Source: Geopsychrobacteraceae bacterium (GTDB lineage Bacteria > Desulfobacterota > Desulfuromonadia > Desulfuromonadales > Geopsychrobacteraceae). Taken from it: DNA of 64,000 nt. Positions within the stretch are counted from its first letter, which is position 1, and every line of letters starts with the position of its first letter. Positions 20,580 through 30,510 of this stretch are shown in pieces. The position numbers and the translations under genes are program-made. The notes beneath the pieces were generated by a model. The model did no database searches. It worked only from the letters and a program-made list of their open reading frames with translations, and had not been told where the DNA came from. Where the stretch lies: contig CAXXTB010000002.1 in the NCBI GenBank assembly GCA_963676795.2, positions 2,336,001 to 2,400,000 on the forward strand. Reading direction: 5' to 3'.

Positions 20580-21059
20580 ATGCAAACAAATCCGCGAAAA
20601 TATTCTCTAGATGAGATTGATTACCGCATCCTGACAGCACTTCAGAAAGATGGCCGTCTTTCCTATGTTCAACTGGCAGAAAAAGTAGGGCTGTCGGAAT
20701 CGGCCTGCCTGCGCCGGGTCAAACTGCTGGAACAGAGCGGTATCATCGACCGCTACGCCATGCTTCTCAACCAGGCCGCTGTGGGAAAACCGGGAACGGT
20801 CTTTGTCAGGGTCTCACTGGAAGGGCAGCAGCATGACAAACTGCTTCAGTTTGAAAAGGAGATCGGCCGGGTCAAGGAAGTGATGGAGTGTTATCTGATG
20901 TCGGGGGACAGCGACTACCTGTTGCGCATCATCATCGATGACAACGACGACTACCTGCGGATCCACAACCGCCTGACCGCCATCACTGGGGTTCTGCGCG
21001 TCCAATCCTCCTTTGCCCTGAAGACGGTCATCCGCAAAACCGAAATCGCCCTGCCCTGA
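20580..21059 (+). CDS. Lrp/AsnC regulator (AldR-like), divergent from ald
   Basis: LDEIDYRIL..DGR HTH, GLSESACLRRVK, MSGDSDY. Confidence 0.9.
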   Translation: MQTNPRKYSLDEIDYRILTALQKDGRLSYVQLAEKVGLSESACLRRVKLLEQSGIIDRYAMLLNQAAVGKPGTVFVRVSLEGQQHDKLLQFEKEIGRVKEVMECYLMSGDSDYLLRIIIDDNDDYLRIHNRLTAITGVLRVQSSFALKTVIRKTEIALP

Positions 21060-21092
21060 AATCGAACCAACATGCAGCTTAGTTACAGTCCC

Positions 21093-21512
21093 CTAGGATT
21101 CGCTGGCGGCATCATCGAGGATCTGACGCACCTTACGGGCAAGATCTTTCAGGTTGAGCGGTTTCAGCAACAGGGCCCGGATGCCGATCTCCCGGACCCT
21201 GGCTTCGTTCGAAGTTGTACTGTATCCGGCACAGATGATGATCGGGATCTCCTTACGGGTCTTCAAAGCCGCCTTGGACAGCCTGTCTCCGGTCAGCTCC
21301 GGCATCGTCTGATCGCTGACGATCAGATCGAATTCGCCCGGATTTTCACTGAAGAAGCGCAGCCCTTCTTTGGCCGATGTCACTGCAGTGACCCGGCAAT
21401 CAAGGACTTCCAGCAGCTCCTTCCCCGGGTGGGCCAGCATCGATTCGTCATCAACCCACAGGATGTGCTCATGCCGGATTGAACGGGGATAGCCAGTCTC
21501 AGCGCTGACCAC
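21093..21512 (-). CDS. Stand-alone receiver domain, possibly a hybrid-kinase remnant; start uncertain
   Basis: ILWVDDE, DLIVSDQTMP, LLKP; the upstream part of the track ORF overlaps arginase and looks spurious. Confidence 0.55.
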   Translation of the reverse strand: MVSAETGYPRSIRHEHILWVDDESMLAHPGKELLEVLDCRVTAVTSAKEGLRFFSENPGEFDLIVSDQTMPELTGDRLSKAALKTRKEIPIIICAGYSTTSNEARVREIGIRALLLKPLNLKDLARKVRQILDDAASES

Positions 21513-21562
21513 ATGTTCGGACCGTTCTTCGCTGACGTGGTCAAGAAAAAAAAATAGCGGGA

Positions 21563-22468
21563 TTAGACAATACTCTTGCCGAATAATGACTCGATCAGCT
21601 CCACCGCCGTTTCCGCGGTACTGTTGGCGATGTCCAGAATCGGGTTGATCTCGACCACATCGACGGAGGTCAGCTTTCCGCTGTCGGCGATGGTTTCCAT
21701 CAGCAACTGCGCTTCGCGGTAGCTGATTCCGCCGTGACAGGGAGTTCCGACCCCCGGAGCATCTTTCGGATCGAGGCAATCCATATCGAGACTGACATGC
21801 AGGTAGGGGTGATCGCCCAACAGGGCCAATGCTTCACGGGCGATGGAGGCCATGCCCCGTTCATCGATATCGCGCATGGTGTAGATCCGCACTCCGTACT
21901 TTTTCAGCAGCTGTTTTTCCCCCTCGTCCAGGTCGCGAATCCCGACCATGACGATATCACGCCCGTGAAGCTTGGCACCGGGCCTGCCGACATTGACCAG
22001 CTCAAGCGGACCTTCGCCGAGCAAGGTCGCGACCGGCATACCGTGAACATTACCGCTTGGTGATGTTTCCGGGGTATTGGCATCCCCATGGGCATCAATC
22101 CATAGCACCCCCACCCCCTTGCGCCGGGTCACCCCGCCGATCGTACCGATCGAAAGGGAATGGTCGCCGCCGAGAAACAGCGGAACGGTGCCGTGACGAA
22201 CGGCCTGGGCAGCGCTCTCGTAGGCAACCTGGCAGACCTGACTGACGGCATCGACAAAAACCGAGGGTTCACAGGACTGGTTAAAACAGTCACGCACCGG
22301 CACATAGAGGTTGCCCGAATCATGCAGGTCGTAACCTAAAGCACGCAGGCGCTGCGACAGGCCGGCGTAACGGACCGCACTCGGTCCCATATCGACACCA
22401 CGTTGCCGCTGGCCGAGATCGATGGGCACACCAACCACATTGATTTTTTTTCCAGAGCGTACGGTCAT
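21563..22468 (-). CDS. rocF: Arginase
   Basis: [35 protein letters not shown]. Confidence 0.95.
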   Translation of the reverse strand: MTVRSGKKINVVGVPIDLGQRQRGVDMGPSAVRYAGLSQRLRALGYDLHDSGNLYVPVRDCFNQSCEPSVFVDAVSQVCQVAYESAAQAVRHGTVPLFLGGDHSLSIGTIGGVTRRKGVGVLWIDAHGDANTPETSPSGNVHGMPVATLLGEGPLELVNVGRPGAKLHGRDIVMVGIRDLDEGEKQLLKKYGVRIYTMRDIDERGMASIAREALALLGDHPYLHVSLDMDCLDPKDAPGVGTPCHGGISYREAQLLMETIADSGKLTSVDVVEINPILDIANSTAETAVELIESLFGKSIV

Positions 22469-22471
22469 GGT

Positions 22472-23566
22472 CTACTCCTTGAGATTGTTCCACAGGTTCA
22501 TCATAAAGTCCTGGGCATTGGTCAGAATCGCAACAGCCTGTGCCGACCCGCGATTAGCCAGCTTGTCGGCGCTGAATTCGGTCATATCGATGATATAGAA
22601 GTAAACAGGACGGACTGTTCCGTCAGTCATGACCCGATAACTGGGAACCATGTTACCAAAGGCGATGGAATGCAGCTGGGTCGCCAGGGCGATGACGGTT
22701 GTCGCCTTGCGGGCATGAATCCGCATGGCGTCCTGGGCCCGGTAGACATCGGAGATCACTTCCGGCAACGGTCCGTCATCGCGGATCGATCCCGCCAGCA
22801 CATAGGGAACCTGGTGTTTTTCGCAGGCATACATGATGCCGTTATCGAGCTTCAGCTCGGCGATTGTCCGCCTTATCGAACCGCGGCTGCGCACTTCATT
22901 GAGGATATCGAGATGGTTGTAGTGCCCCAACGGCTGCAGGGTCTGGGAATAGATATTCTGCCCGAGCCCTGTTTCAAAGCGCGCCGCTTCAAGATCATGC
23001 GTGGCCAGCGCATTCCCGGCGAGCAGAGCATGGCAATAACCGCTTTCAATCAACCCCTGCATGGCATTGCGGCTGTCCTTGTCAAAGGCGACGGCCGGGC
23101 CGAGCACCCAGGCGATGTAGCCATGCTCGCGGTCATGCCTGAGCATCTTGTAGAGATCGTCATAGGAACGGGAAAACGGCGTTTCCCGGGTTCCCCGGGT
23201 GCGGAAACTGAACTTGTCGGCAGCCAGATCCGCCGCACTGACAAAACCTGTGGTATGGACGAAGATCCCCTCTTCGCCGTTTTCAGTCCGGCCGATGGCA
23301 ACCAGATCCCCCTGCCTCACGCGGCGGGCTTCAACAACCTCGAGGTCTTCACCTTTCAGAACCAGAACCGCATCCATACGGCTCTCCGGAGCCAGTAACC
23401 AGACGCCCTGATCACGATGAACATATTCAGGATGATTGGAGGTTCCGTGATAATCGGCCGGAACGACACCGTCCTGCGGCGCCGCGGCAAACCTGGCAAC
23501 AGGGGCATCCGCCAATGGTGGAGAAGAAAAATCGGGTGGAGTATAGACTGGCAGAATCTGGGGCAT
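22472..23566 (-). CDS. TIGR00300-like (LOR/SDH-region) protein, probable ornithine cyclodeaminase
   Basis: LAGNALATHDLE, YVLAGSIRDDGPLP, ATQLHSIAFGN, KLANRGS; directly upstream of arginase. Confidence 0.75.
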   Translation of the reverse strand: MPQILPVYTPPDFSSPPLADAPVARFAAAPQDGVVPADYHGTSNHPEYVHRDQGVWLLAPESRMDAVLVLKGEDLEVVEARRVRQGDLVAIGRTENGEEGIFVHTTGFVSAADLAADKFSFRTRGTRETPFSRSYDDLYKMLRHDREHGYIAWVLGPAVAFDKDSRNAMQGLIESGYCHALLAGNALATHDLEAARFETGLGQNIYSQTLQPLGHYNHLDILNEVRSRGSIRRTIAELKLDNGIMYACEKHQVPYVLAGSIRDDGPLPEVISDVYRAQDAMRIHARKATTVIALATQLHSIAFGNMVPSYRVMTDGTVRPVYFYIIDMTEFSADKLANRGSAQAVAILTNAQDFMMNLWNNLKE

Positions 23567-23706
23567 AAGAACCTCCAAAATCAGACGACAAACGACAGGT
23601 TGTACCAGACGTTGCTTTTTACCTGATATTAAGAGGTTATCCTAAAACCACCGATCTACAAGCCGCTCAGTGGCATCTTTCCCGGCGGCAGACCGGAGCG
23701 CGCTGA

Positions 23707-24354
23707 TCAGCGCATCAGCTTTACCAGGAGCTGTTCATCGAGCTGCTGTTTGAAGTTAGCAAGACTACCGTCATTCTCAATCACCAGATCCCAGTCAGCA
23801 TAGTCATCCAGAGAATTTTCACTGCTGTGATCATTAGCCCCGTTGAACCCGGGACGGACAATACGAATGAAAAATCCGCCATGCTTTTTTATCGTTTCAA
23901 GCTCGTTGATAAACCGCACATCATCGACCAGGACATGGGTCTCATCCTGATTCATCCCGGCCAGTTTGCGTTCCCAGGCCTTGGTCCAGTAGTCGGGATC
24001 CTGAGCACGACGATACTCGGTTCCCCACCACTGAAGCAGACGACGGATTGTCACCGCTGTCTGATCCGGCCGGACCTGAATCTCGGCATTCATCTCGACA
24101 AACTGCGACCACTCAGGACAGATCTTCAGGGCCTTTTCCATATTGACAGAAAAAATCTTCAGCTTATCGTCCTGATCACCGTAAACCAGCGGCAGCCCCT
24201 CTTGCGCTCCCGCCTCGCGCAGAAAACCTTCGATCTCTTCGCGAAGCATCGCCGCCATCGGCAGAATGACGATTCTGATGTCCTTGTGATCAAGAAGATA
24301 TCTTGCTGCGGTGGTTTTTCCCGATCCTGCTTTTCCGGCGAATCCGATGATCAT
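23707..24354 (-). CDS. Deoxynucleoside monophosphate kinase-like P-loop protein (phage dNMP kinase family)
   Basis: IIGFAGKAGSGKTT, RRLLQWWGTEYRR, VLVDDVRFINE, HSSE. Confidence 0.75.
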   Translation of the reverse strand: MIIGFAGKAGSGKTTAARYLLDHKDIRIVILPMAAMLREEIEGFLREAGAQEGLPLVYGDQDDKLKIFSVNMEKALKICPEWSQFVEMNAEIQVRPDQTAVTIRRLLQWWGTEYRRAQDPDYWTKAWERKLAGMNQDETHVLVDDVRFINELETIKKHGGFFIRIVRPGFNGANDHSSENSLDDYADWDLVIENDGSLANFKQQLDEQLLVKLMR

Positions 24355-24526
24355 GAAGCCCTCTTGTGGTGGTAAAATCTAAAAAAATATTTGGCGCACG
24401 GCACAGGGAGTGTACCCAAATCGATGACAAATTTGTATAATTTTTGTGGCAGAACCAGAGCAGGCAGGAGAACACATCTTGCGACTCAAAGACTTCATTT
24501 CAAGCCCCGAGCCGGATACTCAACCT

Positions 24527-25048
24527 ATGAAAATCATTCACTGCAGTTTTGAGCAACATGCCGAAGACATTCTCGCCATCTTCAACGATGCAATTCTCAA
24601 TTCAACGGCCCTGTTCGTCTACCAGCCAAGAACAATGGCCTTTATGCAGGAGTGGTTTGCCGGCAAAAAGGAAAGCGGCATCCCGGTTCTGGGCATGGTC
24701 GACGATTCCGGAACACTCCTCGGCTTCGCCAGTTTCGGCCCCTTCCGCCCCCAGGCGGCCTATAAATACACGGTCGAACATTCGGTCTATGTCCATAAAG
24801 ACCAGCGCGGCCGGGGCATTGGTGAGCAGTTGATGCGGGAGCTGATCAAAATCGCCGAGCAGCAGCAGTACCATGTTCTGATCGCCGCCGTCGACGCGGC
24901 CAACCAGGGGAGCGTCGCCCTGCACAGGAAACTCGGTTTCAGTAATACCGGAAATATCAGGGAAGCAGCTTTCAAGTTCGGCCAGTGGCGGGACCTGGCG
25001 TTTTTTCAGCTGACCCTGGCGACACCCGACAACCCAACAGACGGATGA
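24527..25048 (+). CDS. GNAT N-acetyltransferase (PAT/MnaT-like)
   Basis: YKYTVEHSVYV, RGRGIG, LHRKLGF, KFGQWRD. Confidence 0.92.
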   Translation: MKIIHCSFEQHAEDILAIFNDAILNSTALFVYQPRTMAFMQEWFAGKKESGIPVLGMVDDSGTLLGFASFGPFRPQAAYKYTVEHSVYVHKDQRGRGIGEQLMRELIKIAEQQQYHVLIAAVDAANQGSVALHRKLGFSNTGNIREAAFKFGQWRDLAFFQLTLATPDNPTDG

Positions 25049-25151
25049 CAAGTAAAACTTATAGTTTTTTTCGCTGAGAACATAAGAATGCCCCATTCGA
25101 ATATAAACCGAGCCATTCTAAGTATCTCGGTTTATTGAACAAGAAAAGACT

Positions 25152-25168
25152 TGTCGGTTTTTTTTACA
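25152..25168. promoter_or_regulatory. Putative enhancer (PEP-CTERM box-like, TGT-N11-ACA)
   Basis: TGTCGG-TTTTT-TTTACA about 200 bp upstream of the sigma54 site; a related CCGACA half-site at 25234-25239. Confidence 0.5.
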
Positions 25169-25366
25169 CACCAGCACAAACGTAACTGCTCCGATAACAA
25201 ACTATAAAAATCAATGATAAAATTGCACAATTCCCGACAGCCCAACATTCATACGAAAAAAACCAAAAAAAAACAGTAACCAATTGAAAACTATTGGCAA
25301 TAATTAAATCACACTATCAATCACCACTTTATTAACTACTAAATCCATTGCCCATCAAAAAAATTA

Positions 25367-25382
25367 TGGCATATTTAGTGCT
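25367..25382 (+). promoter_or_regulatory. Sigma54 promoter
   Basis: TGGCATATTTAGTGCT, GG-N10-GC. Confidence 0.7.
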
Positions 25383-25427
25383 AGTGAGCATGACATACAA
25401 TTAACGAGTAAAAATGGAGAAACTTCG

Positions 25428-26180
25428 ATGAAAAACATTTTGCTGACTCTGCTGCTTGCCTTCTGCACAACCAGTGCCTTTGCCTACACTATTGAAGACA
25501 ATTACTGGGGATCGAATGACCATGGTTACGGCGATGTTATCAGCGGAAACTCAACTGCCGACAAAAATCTCTTCAGCGTCTGGGGCATGGACGTCGATTT
25601 TAGCGATGTTAGCATGACAGTCAAGGTCTATACCGGCTTTACCACGGCAAACGGTGTTCAAACCTTCGGAACAGATTTTGGTGATCTATTCATCAGCACT
25701 AACGGTTGGCAGGTCAACGGAACAGCTGATAACCACTACAAATACGACAACTATGAAAACATCAGCGACTGGGAATTTGTCGTAGACACCAGCAGCGGCA
25801 CACTTTACTCCGGTGATTTCGATGTTGTCCTTGCCCAAAGCGGTGGTGGTTATATTGTCCGCGACGGCCAGGAAGTGCTTTACGCATCTGGGGGCACGGT
25901 TGCCGGAACAGCAGATGTCGACCTGAGCAAGGTTGCCGGATCATACCTCACTGATGGCGTTTACGATCACCGCTATTATCTCGAATACAGCATTTCACTG
26001 GAAGCTCTGGGACTGAGCGGCGGTGAGGAGATTGCTTTAAAATGGGGGATGACCTGCGCCAATGACACCATCGAAGGAAGCACAACCGTCCCTGTTGCTC
26101 CGGTTCCGGAACCAGCCACAATTGTCCTGCTCGGTGCAGGGCTTGTCGGCCTTGGCTACTATCGGTGGAAAAAGAAATAA
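25428..26180 (+). CDS. PEP-CTERM surface protein
   Basis: Signal peptide; C-terminal VPEPATIVLLGAGLVGLGYYRWKKK. Confidence 0.95.
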   Translation: MKNILLTLLLAFCTTSAFAYTIEDNYWGSNDHGYGDVISGNSTADKNLFSVWGMDVDFSDVSMTVKVYTGFTTANGVQTFGTDFGDLFISTNGWQVNGTADNHYKYDNYENISDWEFVVDTSSGTLYSGDFDVVLAQSGGGYIVRDGQEVLYASGGTVAGTADVDLSKVAGSYLTDGVYDHRYYLEYSISLEALGLSGGEEIALKWGMTCANDTIEGSTTVPVAPVPEPATIVLLGAGLVGLGYYRWKKK

Positions 26181-26200
26181 ACCATTGACACCGCAATTGA

Positions 26201-26229
26201 AAGAGCCGCTCATTTGGGGCGGCTTTTTT
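26201..26229 (+). terminator. Intrinsic terminator
   Basis: AGCCGCTC..GGGCGGCT followed by T tract. Confidence 0.75.
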
Positions 26230-26289
26230 ATTTGATGCTTAATTCACCAGCACATTTTCTAAATCTGTGTTTTCTGTCAGAATGACCGC

Positions 26290-27228
26290 ATGACGGATGA
26301 TTCTTTTGAAATAGGCCAGGATCAGTGGCTCAACCTGCCCGCCTCACTCGGCTCCGGAATCGATCAGGGCCAACTCTCCCCGCAACAGACCAGAGTCTGG
26401 CCTGTGGTTCTGGCGGCTAAAAAGATCCGCTACAAAATCGTCAAAGAGTCCGGCAAAAAACAGATCCTTGTCCACAAAGCAGACTTTGCCAGAGCCTGCG
26501 AAGAACTGAACCACTATGAATGCGAAAACCTTAACTGGCCGCCACCGCCACCAGAAGACCAGCGATTTTTCGAAAATATCCCGACGACGATCTGGGCCCT
26601 AATTGTCCTTGCCATCTTTCACAACATCACGACTGGACAATTCAATTCATATCTGCCAAACCTGGACTGGGTCGAGATCGGCAATGCGGCGGCCGGAAAG
26701 ATACTTCACGGCGAATGGTGGCGTCTCTTCACCGCGCTGACCTTGCATTCCGGGCCGTTGCACCTGGTCTCCAACCTGCTGATCGGCGGCATCTTCATGA
26801 TCCGTCTCTGCCGCCAGCTGGGTGCGGGTCCGGCCTGGCTTCTGGTGCTATTGAGCGGTGCCGGCGGCAACCTGCTCAATGCGCTGATCCAGAGCGCCCA
26901 GCACCGTTCGATCGGTGCCTCGACGGCGGTGTTCGGGGCGGTCGGGCTACTCGCCGTCCTCAACATGTTCCACTACCGCCACAGCCTGTGGAAACGTTGG
27001 CCACTGCCAGTTGCTGCGGCTCTGGCGCTGCTCGGACTGCTGGGCACAGCGGGGGAAAACACCGATGTCATGGCCCACCTGTTTGGCTTCGTCTGTGGAG
27101 TGGCGCTGGGACTGCTGGCGGGGATTCCACAGATCAGCTCGATCTTGAGGCGCGCACCTGCCAGATGGGGAAGTTCAATCCTGGCGCTGGCTCTGATTAC
27201 AGGTGCCTGGTTGCGCGCACTGGGCTGA
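26290..27228 (+). CDS. Rhomboid intramembrane serine protease
   Basis: WWRLFTALTLH, HLVSN, GASTAVFG, AHLFG. Confidence 0.92.
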   Translation: MTDDSFEIGQDQWLNLPASLGSGIDQGQLSPQQTRVWPVVLAAKKIRYKIVKESGKKQILVHKADFARACEELNHYECENLNWPPPPPEDQRFFENIPTTIWALIVLAIFHNITTGQFNSYLPNLDWVEIGNAAAGKILHGEWWRLFTALTLHSGPLHLVSNLLIGGIFMIRLCRQLGAGPAWLLVLLSGAGGNLLNALIQSAQHRSIGASTAVFGAVGLLAVLNMFHYRHSLWKRWPLPVAAALALLGLLGTAGENTDVMAHLFGFVCGVALGLLAGIPQISSILRRAPARWGSSILALALITGAWLRALG

Positions 27229-27300
27229 AAAACCGGCTTTTTCACAAAAAATAATTTGCCGTCAGGCAAAGATCAATGGTACAACTCGCGCCGAGCTTTC

Positions 27301-27329
27301 GGCCACAGGATTTAGCCTGTGGCCTTTTT
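27301..27329 (+). terminator. Terminator-like hairpin 20 nt upstream of the ABC-F start
   Basis: GGCCACAGG-ATTTAG-CCTGTGGCC-TTTTT. Confidence 0.6.
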
Positions 27330-27349
27330 GTTGTTAAGGATAAGCAATC

Positions 27350-28984
27350 ATGATCAGTGCAAATAATGTGGCCCTCTCCTATGGTAAGCGGGTCATCTTC
27401 AAAGACGTCAATATCAAGTTCATTCCGGGCAACTGTTATGGCCTGATCGGTGCCAACGGTGCCGGAAAATCGACCTTCCTGAAGATCCTCTCCGGTGAAA
27501 AGGAAGCGGACAAGGGGAGCATCAGTGTCGGTCCGGGCGAAAGAATTGCCGTTCTGCGCCAGGATCATTTTGCCTTTGACGAGCATACGGTTCTCGATAC
27601 GGTGATGATGGGCCATGAGCGCCTCTTCCAGGTCAAGGCCGAACGTGAAGCGATCTATGCCAAAGCGGAATTCACCGATGAAGATGGCGTCCGTTCCGGT
27701 GAACTCGAAGCGGAATTCGCCGAGCTGAACGGTTACGAAGCCGAGGCCGAGGCAGCCGTGCTGCTCAACGGCCTGGGGATTACCGACGAATATCTCTACC
27801 GCCAGATGAAGGATCTGGAAGGCGGTGAAAAGGTGCGGGTCCTGCTCGCCCAGGCGCTGTTCGGCAACCCGGACATCCTACTCCTCGACGAACCGACCAA
27901 CCACCTGGATCTCAAATCGATTCAGTGGCTGGAGGACTTTCTCGGCCGCTTTCAGAATACCGTCATCGTCGTCTCCCACGACCGTCACTTTTTGAACCAG
28001 GTCTGTACCCATGTGGCCGATATCGACTTCGGCAAGATCACCGTCTATGTCGGTAACTACGATTTCTGGTATGAAGCCAGCCAGCTGGCCCTGAAGCAGA
28101 AACAGGATGAAAATCGCAAGGTCGCCGACAAGGCCAATGAGCTGAAGGAATTCATCATGCGCTTCAGCTCCAACGCATCCAAGGCCAAACAGGCGACCTC
28201 CAGGAAGAAACTGCTCGAAAAACTGACCATTGAAGACATGCCGGTTTCTTCACGGAAATACCCCTTCGTCAGCTTCAAGCCGGAACGTGCCTGCGGCGAT
28301 GTCATCCTTGAGATCACTGACCTGTGCAAAACCATCGATGGTGTCAAGGTTCTCGACAACTTCAACCTGAATATCAACAAGGGGGACAAGGTCGCTTTTA
28401 TCGGCGGCGACAGCCTGACCAAGACCACCCTGTTTCAGATTTTGGAAGGCGAGCTGAAACCGGACAGTGGTACCTTCCGCTGGGGAGTCACCATTACCCC
28501 GGCCTATTTCCCGATCGATAACGGCAGTTACTTTACCAAAGACCTGACTCTGATCGACTGGCTGCTGCAGTTCGCCCCGACCGAAGGGGAAAGCTTTGCC
28601 CGCGGCTTCCTTGGCCGCATGCTCTTCTCCGGCGACGAGGCAAAGAAAAAGTCAACCGTTCTCTCAGGTGGCGAGAAGGTCCGCTGCATGCTGGCCAAGA
28701 TGATGCTGCCCAACGCCAACGCCCTGATCTTCGACGAACCGACCAACCATCTGGATCTCGAATCGATCACTGCGCTGAACAACGGTCTGATCGCTTTTCC
28801 GGAGGTGATCCTGTTCACCAGCCACGACCACAAGTTCCTCTCTACGGTTGCGAATCGGATCATCGAATTTACCCCGAAGGGCTACATTGACCGGATGCTC
28901 AATTTCGATGAATATCTGGAAAGTGCCGAAGTGGCCAAGATGCGCGCTGAACACTATCAGGGCGAAGCCGATCTGAAGCTCTAA
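27350..28984 (+). CDS. ABC-F family ATPase (YbiT/YkpA-like)
   Basis: Two ABC domains (GANGAGKST; two DEPTNHLD), no TM, RFSSNASKAKQATSR linker. Confidence 0.92.
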   Translation: MISANNVALSYGKRVIFKDVNIKFIPGNCYGLIGANGAGKSTFLKILSGEKEADKGSISVGPGERIAVLRQDHFAFDEHTVLDTVMMGHERLFQVKAEREAIYAKAEFTDEDGVRSGELEAEFAELNGYEAEAEAAVLLNGLGITDEYLYRQMKDLEGGEKVRVLLAQALFGNPDILLLDEPTNHLDLKSIQWLEDFLGRFQNTVIVVSHDRHFLNQVCTHVADIDFGKITVYVGNYDFWYEASQLALKQKQDENRKVADKANELKEFIMRFSSNASKAKQATSRKKLLEKLTIEDMPVSSRKYPFVSFKPERACGDVILEITDLCKTIDGVKVLDNFNLNINKGDKVAFIGGDSLTKTTLFQILEGELKPDSGTFRWGVTITPAYFPIDNGSYFTKDLTLIDWLLQFAPTEGESFARGFLGRMLFSGDEAKKKSTVLSGGEKVRCMLAKMMLPNANALIFDEPTNHLDLESITALNNGLIAFPEVILFTSHDHKFLSTVANRIIEFTPKGYIDRMLNFDEYLESAEVAKMRAEHYQGEADLKL

Positions 28985-29003
28985 TATCGACAAAGGGAAA
29001 AAG

Positions 29004-29684
29004 ATGGCATTGCCCTGGAAGGTACTCGACCGTGTGACGGTTCCTGGTGAAGGCGATCTCGAGTTGCGGCAACGCGGCAAAGGAGATTTCCTGATTACCA
29101 TCGGGCCGCAGATCCTGATGAACAGCAAAGCACAGCGCTCGGAGCAGGCCCTCGGCCGCCTGGGCTGTGCCAAATTGGCGGGCCATCCGGCTCCGCGAGT
29201 GCTGGTTGGCGGTCTGGGAATGGCGATCACCCTGCGCGCGGTTCTCGATGCGCTGCCGCCGGGCGCCGAAGTCGTCGTCGCCGAACTGAATCCGGTCATT
29301 GAACAATGGTGTCTGGGCCCGTTGGCCGAATTGACCGACCATGCGGTCTCCGATCCACGGGTCAAGGTTGTCATCAGCGATGTCGCCGAGTTGATTAAAA
29401 AATCGGAACGCGACAGCTTCGATGCGATCATCTTTGATCTCTATCGCGGACCGCACCCGCAGACCGACCGGCAAGACGATCCCCTCTACGGCAGCCGGGC
29501 CATCGAACGCTGTCGTCAGGCACTGCGCAAAAACGGCATCTTTGCCATCTGGGGGGAAAACCCCGACGAAGGCTTTGAAAAGCGCCTTGGCGCGGCGGGA
29601 TTTGCCGTCCGCTGCGAAAGACCGGGAAAAGGCGCTTATCGCCACGCGGTCTGGGTCGCGGAGAAAAAGATCGCAAAAAAATAG
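29004..29684 (+). CDS. Spermidine synthase-like SAM-dependent transferase
   Basis: VLVGGLGMA, VVVAEL, DPRV, FDAIIFDL. Confidence 0.75.
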   Translation: MALPWKVLDRVTVPGEGDLELRQRGKGDFLITIGPQILMNSKAQRSEQALGRLGCAKLAGHPAPRVLVGGLGMAITLRAVLDALPPGAEVVVAELNPVIEQWCLGPLAELTDHAVSDPRVKVVISDVAELIKKSERDSFDAIIFDLYRGPHPQTDRQDDPLYGSRAIERCRQALRKNGIFAIWGENPDEGFEKRLGAAGFAVRCERPGKGAYRHAVWVAEKKIAKK

Positions 29685-29775
29685 CCTGCCACAGCGGCTC
29701 AGCGTGAGCGTCTGGCCCAAGATCCGTCCAGGCATAGCATGGACATCAGCACAGCAGAGATGGACTGTCACAAGC

Positions 29776-30246
29776 ATGAACAAAGAAGAACTTCTGCAAC
29801 TGATCATTAGCCGTTTAAAAGCGGATCATGAGGTGCTGCTGCAGGCCGCGAAAGCGGCTCATGCAGCGGCAACCCATGAAGAAAACATTCCTGACGACAA
29901 GTATGAGACCCTCGCCCTGGAAGCCTCCTATATCGCCCAGGGGCAGGCCAACCGCGCCCAGGAGATCGATACGGCGATCAAGCTCTTCCGGCAGTTGCAG
30001 TTGCAGCAGTTCACCGATGAGTCACCGATCAGACTGACGGCACTGGTCAAACTGGAAGATCAGGACGGTCAGCTGAGAACAGTCTTTATCGGTCCTGCTT
30101 CCGGTGGTTTACAAGTAACCAGCGAAGGACGGACAGTACAGGTCATTTCCCCTGAATCTCCGATGGGGCAGGCCCTGATCGGCAATTGTTGCGGGGAGGT
30201 ATTCCAGTTGGGTGACCGTGAGTACGAAATCATCGAAGTTCATTGA
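29776..30246 (+). CDS. GreA/GreB family protein
   Basis: KYETLALEASY, ISPESPMGQALIG; ATG at 29776 lies inside a longer track ORF. Confidence 0.8.
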   Translation: MNKEELLQLIISRLKADHEVLLQAAKAAHAAATHEENIPDDKYETLALEASYIAQGQANRAQEIDTAIKLFRQLQLQQFTDESPIRLTALVKLEDQDGQLRTVFIGPASGGLQVTSEGRTVQVISPESPMGQALIGNCCGEVFQLGDREYEIIEVH

Positions 30247-30510
30247 AAACAGTCGCGAACAGGGGCAGTGATAAGCGTTGTATTTCACCGCTAATCCTCG
30301 GCCCCAAGCCTTGCCAAACGGTCCACTGCATACTGAAAACTAATATTTTTCCTCTTGCATTTCCGCCACTTAAGTAGTAAATATCTCGCCTTTCAGACAG
30401 ATTTCCCGACACATCACCGGAAAATCTTTTCCGCCGACACCTGGACACAACTGCATTGCCCTCGCTGCCGACGGACATCGTTAACTTCGCATTTACAAGG
30501 AGGATAGCGC

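Noticed and set aside
26290..27228. Rhomboid as the sorting enzyme for the adjacent PEP-CTERM protein
   Set aside because: PEP-CTERM is processed by exosortase, while rhombosortase handles GlyGly-CTERM; a terminator separates the genes
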